Shown here piece by piece: positions 60,129-64,000 of a stretch of DNA of 64,000 nucleotides. This DNA comes from Marsupella aquatica (taxonomy: Eukaryota; Plantae; Marchantiophyta): NCBI GenBank assembly GCA_973895155.1, contig OZ316897.1, positions 17,094,058-17,158,057 of the forward strand, given 5' to 3'. The position numbers and the translations under genes were made by a program. Position 1 is the stretch's first letter. Each line of letters opens with the position of its first letter. The notes below the pieces were generated by a model. It saw nothing but the letters and a program-made list of their open reading frames with translations. It searched no databases and was not told the origin of the DNA.

Positions 60129-62398
60129 ATGCTTCGAGGGATTGCGAAGGTGTCGCCATTCGCAGCCCCATGTCCCCCTGCACTAGACGGGAAGAGAATT
60201 TTGAAGTGGAGCTGCCACCGACGAGTTCGAGTTGTTAGCTTGGATGCAGAAACTGCGGCACAGGAGGGAGATCGGTTGATTCGTGGGGTGGATGAGAGAC
60301 GGAAGGAAGAGATCTGGGCGAAACCTACCAGCAATTCGTTTGTTAAACCCCTGTCCGATCTCTACCCGCGTCTGCCCTGCCGCTTCTGCAAGGGTATTGT
60401 ACTGAACTGTACTCATCCTGCCCAATTTAATCTGAGAACATCTTAGGCACATCTTCTCTGAAGATTTCTCTGCACGTGGTCACCTCAAAAGATAGCCACT
60501 GAATTAGGCTCCGAGGCCTAGAAATTGTCGAATTTTTGAGCATTTTGGGTCGATCTTGTGTCCATGAAGTGGAGTTTCGGAAGTTCTGTTTTGGTAGGGC
60601 AGTTCGTTGCGAATCTTAATCATGAGGAGTGTTTTCCATTCAAATGTATTCTGTGCTTAAATACCACATTTAGACGTCATGAACTCTGTGACAAAAGTGA
60701 GTCCATCATTGATGCAGGTTTTAATGTATATGATATTTGCCAAGGAGATGACTAACCTAGCTGAGTAGCGCTCTGATTGTCTTGTCTGCCTCTTCATCTG
60801 CTACTCTATTTCTCGATCCTGATCGGGGATTCATTCTCAAACAATTTTACCATTCTTTGTTTCTCTCTGTTTCAATATTTCAATCAAAAGATAAGTCGAA
60901 ACGATGACCTTTCAAGGACTTTTCATAAAAAAATCAGGACAGGTGTTTGGCTTAAAGGAAACTAGTCATCGCATTGACTAGTGAGCGAGTAGATACATGA
61001 AACGAAGCCAATAATTAACCTACATTTACTCCGAAGCCCGAGTGGTAGTTTTGCTGAGAACTTAAGTTGAAAAAGAAGCACGGACGTGAATTGAAGCTTC
61101 GCTATTCAGCGTAAAGTAAGGAAGAAGTGTTGTATTTCCCTGCTGCAGTGCCATTATCTTTTGCTTCTGTCCGTGTATCCCTGTCGCTAGAACCCAATTT
61201 AGTAAATAAATATGTTCTGACCTTCCATTTTGTGTTTAAGCAGGTGTGGGCGAGGTTTTGTGTGACACATGTGATGGCAAGGGCAAATTTAATAGAGGTG
61301 GATATCACAAAAAGAACCCAGTATCAGTGGAGCGTATTATAGGTACGCAGCTTCTCGTCCCTTTATCCGCCTTGCAATAATCTTACCCTGCTATTGAGGA
61401 AGGAATGCATGACTGTCCTGGGAGCCTTCACTCAAGTTGATGGGATTTCATCTTTTCTCCTTGTATACAATGATTTTGGCTGTGCGCCTTCAAAGCTCAG
61501 CTCTTAGGCCTTAACATCATTTCGCTGGTGCGGTAAGCAAAAGCAGGATCCAAATGGACAGCCATGGAGACATTTTTTGGATGGCGTTATTTTCAGATTC
61601 AGTCAAAACGAAGAGGGTCAAGAAAAGACTGGTTTGTGGAAATGGTTGCCACTTGTGATGATACTGCACGTTATTGGATGAATGTCCAAAATCTCAAGGT
61701 CAGTTATGGTGTTTTGAACCTTAAACAGTCTATCTGATTAATCTAGCCTAAGCAGGATCCAAGTGGACAGCCATGGAGAGGACTTTTGGATGGCGTCATT
61801 TTCGAGTTCGGTCAAAACAAAAAGGGTCAGGGAAAGTCTGGTTTGTGGAAATGAGTGCTACATGTGACGAAACTACGAGGTTTTGGGTTAACGTTCAAAA
61901 CCTAAAGGTCAGCAGTCAGGTTTTCTTGCACTGGAAAAGAACTTTTCTTCTAGCCTTCTAGCTTAGAATTAATAACTTAGAAGGCACAGCTGAAGGATAG
62001 GCCTGTGCTTAACTTTGCTCAGTAGTTCTCTAATTAGTGTATTCTGTGAAGCATCCTGTTTAAGAATTGCAGTTTCCATGAGTAAGAAGGCTCAATTTTC
62101 TGAGAATACCTCGTCACTTTGAATTATAAGTTTTCGTGGACGTCGTGATCTATGTTGAAATCGTAAAATGGGAGGGCCCCCAGAACTTAACGCAGCTTTC
62201 ATTGTTATGTGCTGTTTCCTCCAGGATAGGGAGAGGTGGAGCATGGGTTGGCTCCAAAAGGTTGAAATACTTGACGCTCAAAATAAAGACACTGCGTCCA
62301 ATCTAGTCTGTAAAGCTTGTAAAGGGAAGGGGCGACAGCCCTGCACTTGTACTTTCAGAGATCCTGATGAGACTGTATTGGACATTATAGAGGTTTAG
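60129..62398 (+). CDS. DnaJ-type Cys-rich zinc-finger protein with an inserted Trp-rich (TIGR02450-like) domain, probably plastid-targeted; exons 60129-60393, 61244-61342, [61547-61698 or 61756-61907], 62225-62398 (229 aa)
   Basis: CRFCKGVG, CDTCDGKG and CKACKGKG repeats flank GSKWTAME..GWRHF..FVEM.ATCD..RFWVNVQNLKDRERWSMGW. GT-AG junctions keep the frame when one copy of exon 3 is used (690 nt). Confidence 0.85.
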
Positions 62399-64000
62399 AG
62401 TGATTAAAAGAATTAGAAATTACTGTATCATATGACACCAAGGAATGTTCGAATTTGTGGTCGTAGATTGGCAGAGAGAAAGGTGCTGAATCTGGAGCTG
62501 CACTAGGCTAACCAGCTCTCTTTGTTTCAGCTGGTGAGAAATTGCACCGTCTGATTACGCTTGTTTGCGTTTTCTATGGGTAGCGCTTTTCCAATTTGTG
62601 AGATGAGTTCCAGGGAAGGGGCCATGTCATTTGAACGAAGGAAAACGAAATGACAAGTCAAGGAGTGGCGGCAAGTTGAGATGATGTCATTCACGCTGAA
62701 ACACCTTGACTCGCTCAAAGGTTTTAGAGAGAGGCTAAGCATTTTGAGTCGTAAAAATAGAGGACACCTACTAAGCTTTGTTGATATCATTCAAGAGCTT
62801 CCTATCAATCATCGGGTATTCACCTCCTCGACGTCAATGAACCTAGCCGAGATCTAATGTCTGTTTGTCACCAAGGCATGTAGACATTCTCTACCGCAAA
62901 CAGAAAGCAATCCAATTTCCTCGTGGCGCAATGTCGAGTAGATTTTCTCCAGCTAAATTATATTGCAAACTCAAGAGCCCGCTGAGAAGAGCATATCTCT
63001 GTCATCTGAGGTCCATTTTGACGAGCTGTTTAAGGGGCTGGGTGCGGGAGCTCGCAGGCCTTCCAATTTTGGTTTCAGAAGTGCAGTTTGTGCACTCTCC
63101 ATCTTTTTTGTGTGGATTTGTTGTGACCATGTGTGGTAGGTGGATCGAGGAGCAGGAGCCCACCAGATTTAGGGCCCTTCCAGTCAGAGGTTTGTGAGGC
63201 ACATAAACTGTTCACCGCTCGTCGCCTTGGGTCCATCACTATGTTAACACCAATTAGTATGAAATGACAAAAGTATCAACAGGAAATGGAATCCATAGCA
63301 TTTGATCCACTGCAGATCTTTTGAGTAATGGCGGGTGATCAAAAGAGAGGTGATCCTGAGACTTGTGCCAGGTCTGTAGTTTTCTCATTTTCGAGCTGAA
63401 TTTTTGGAATTGGGCAAACAGAGAAGGGTGGTGATCAAAAGATATGGATCCAGAATATTTTTCCAAAAATGTGTCTCATTAATTTAATATCCGACAGAAA
63501 GTGTGTTTTGAATGTTATTGGGCATTCCAACAGCTATCTTTCTCGAAGGAATGCCAAATGCCAAATCCGATTAGAGGATTGACTTAAAATGCAATCAATA
63601 TTTTCTGGTTTGGGTTTTAGCCCTAGTTAGCCTGTACATATATTTATTTTTTCATTTTTATCGTGTTCGCCAAGTCAAGACAATAGGTAGATTGTTTCTT
63701 GCATTGTTGTGTCAGTTTTGTGTTAGTTTGGACATAGCCTACACATGGATGGTTTCTTGTTTTGTGAAAGCCGAGACATAGTTACGACATGGATCCTGTC
63801 TTGTGGTGTCGTGTCAGTTTGAGTTATTCGAGACCGGTCTGTGACACAGTTATCTGTAGTATTTGAACTTCAGGGATATGAAGAACACCATTGGATCATT
63901 CAGTCTGTATTATAAGAACTTCAGGGATCGGAAGCGCACCACTGGATCTGGTTTTAGCCTTTTTTTTTCAGTAGCTAGAAAATTGGTAGATTCCATCTCT

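Overview
Eukaryotic, intron-containing plant DNA. The gene content and repeat style suggest a non-seed plant such as a liverwort, but that is inference. Host genes reconstructed from the sequence: an unknown 517-aa ORF with four RGRxDxRL/V motifs; two convergent F-box paralogues (one intronless, one with a single intron) plus a short F-box duplicate fragment; an intronless, probably plastid-targeted hexokinase; an 8-exon GH28 polygalacturonase; a 6-exon gene fusing a RING-HC finger to five GNA/B-type lectin domains; and a DnaJ-type zinc-finger/Trp-rich-domain gene with a tandemly duplicated, probably mutually exclusive exon. Mobile DNA: a complete 9.8-kb PIF/Harbinger-superfamily (PHIS) element with AGGG...CCCT TIRs and an AAT target duplication. 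It carries an intact transposase, a disrupted Myb/SANT-like partner and two extra decayed ORFs, one of them an RPA1-C-like OB-fold. There are also many small related ends with ANT flanks, and a 996-bp Mutator-like foldback element with a 10-bp TSD. Top candidates for something undescribed: the RING-5x-lectin putative glycan-binding E3 ligase, the four-ORF Pangu-like transposon, and the mutually exclusive exon pair. All splice models and family assignments were made by eye; no searches were run.
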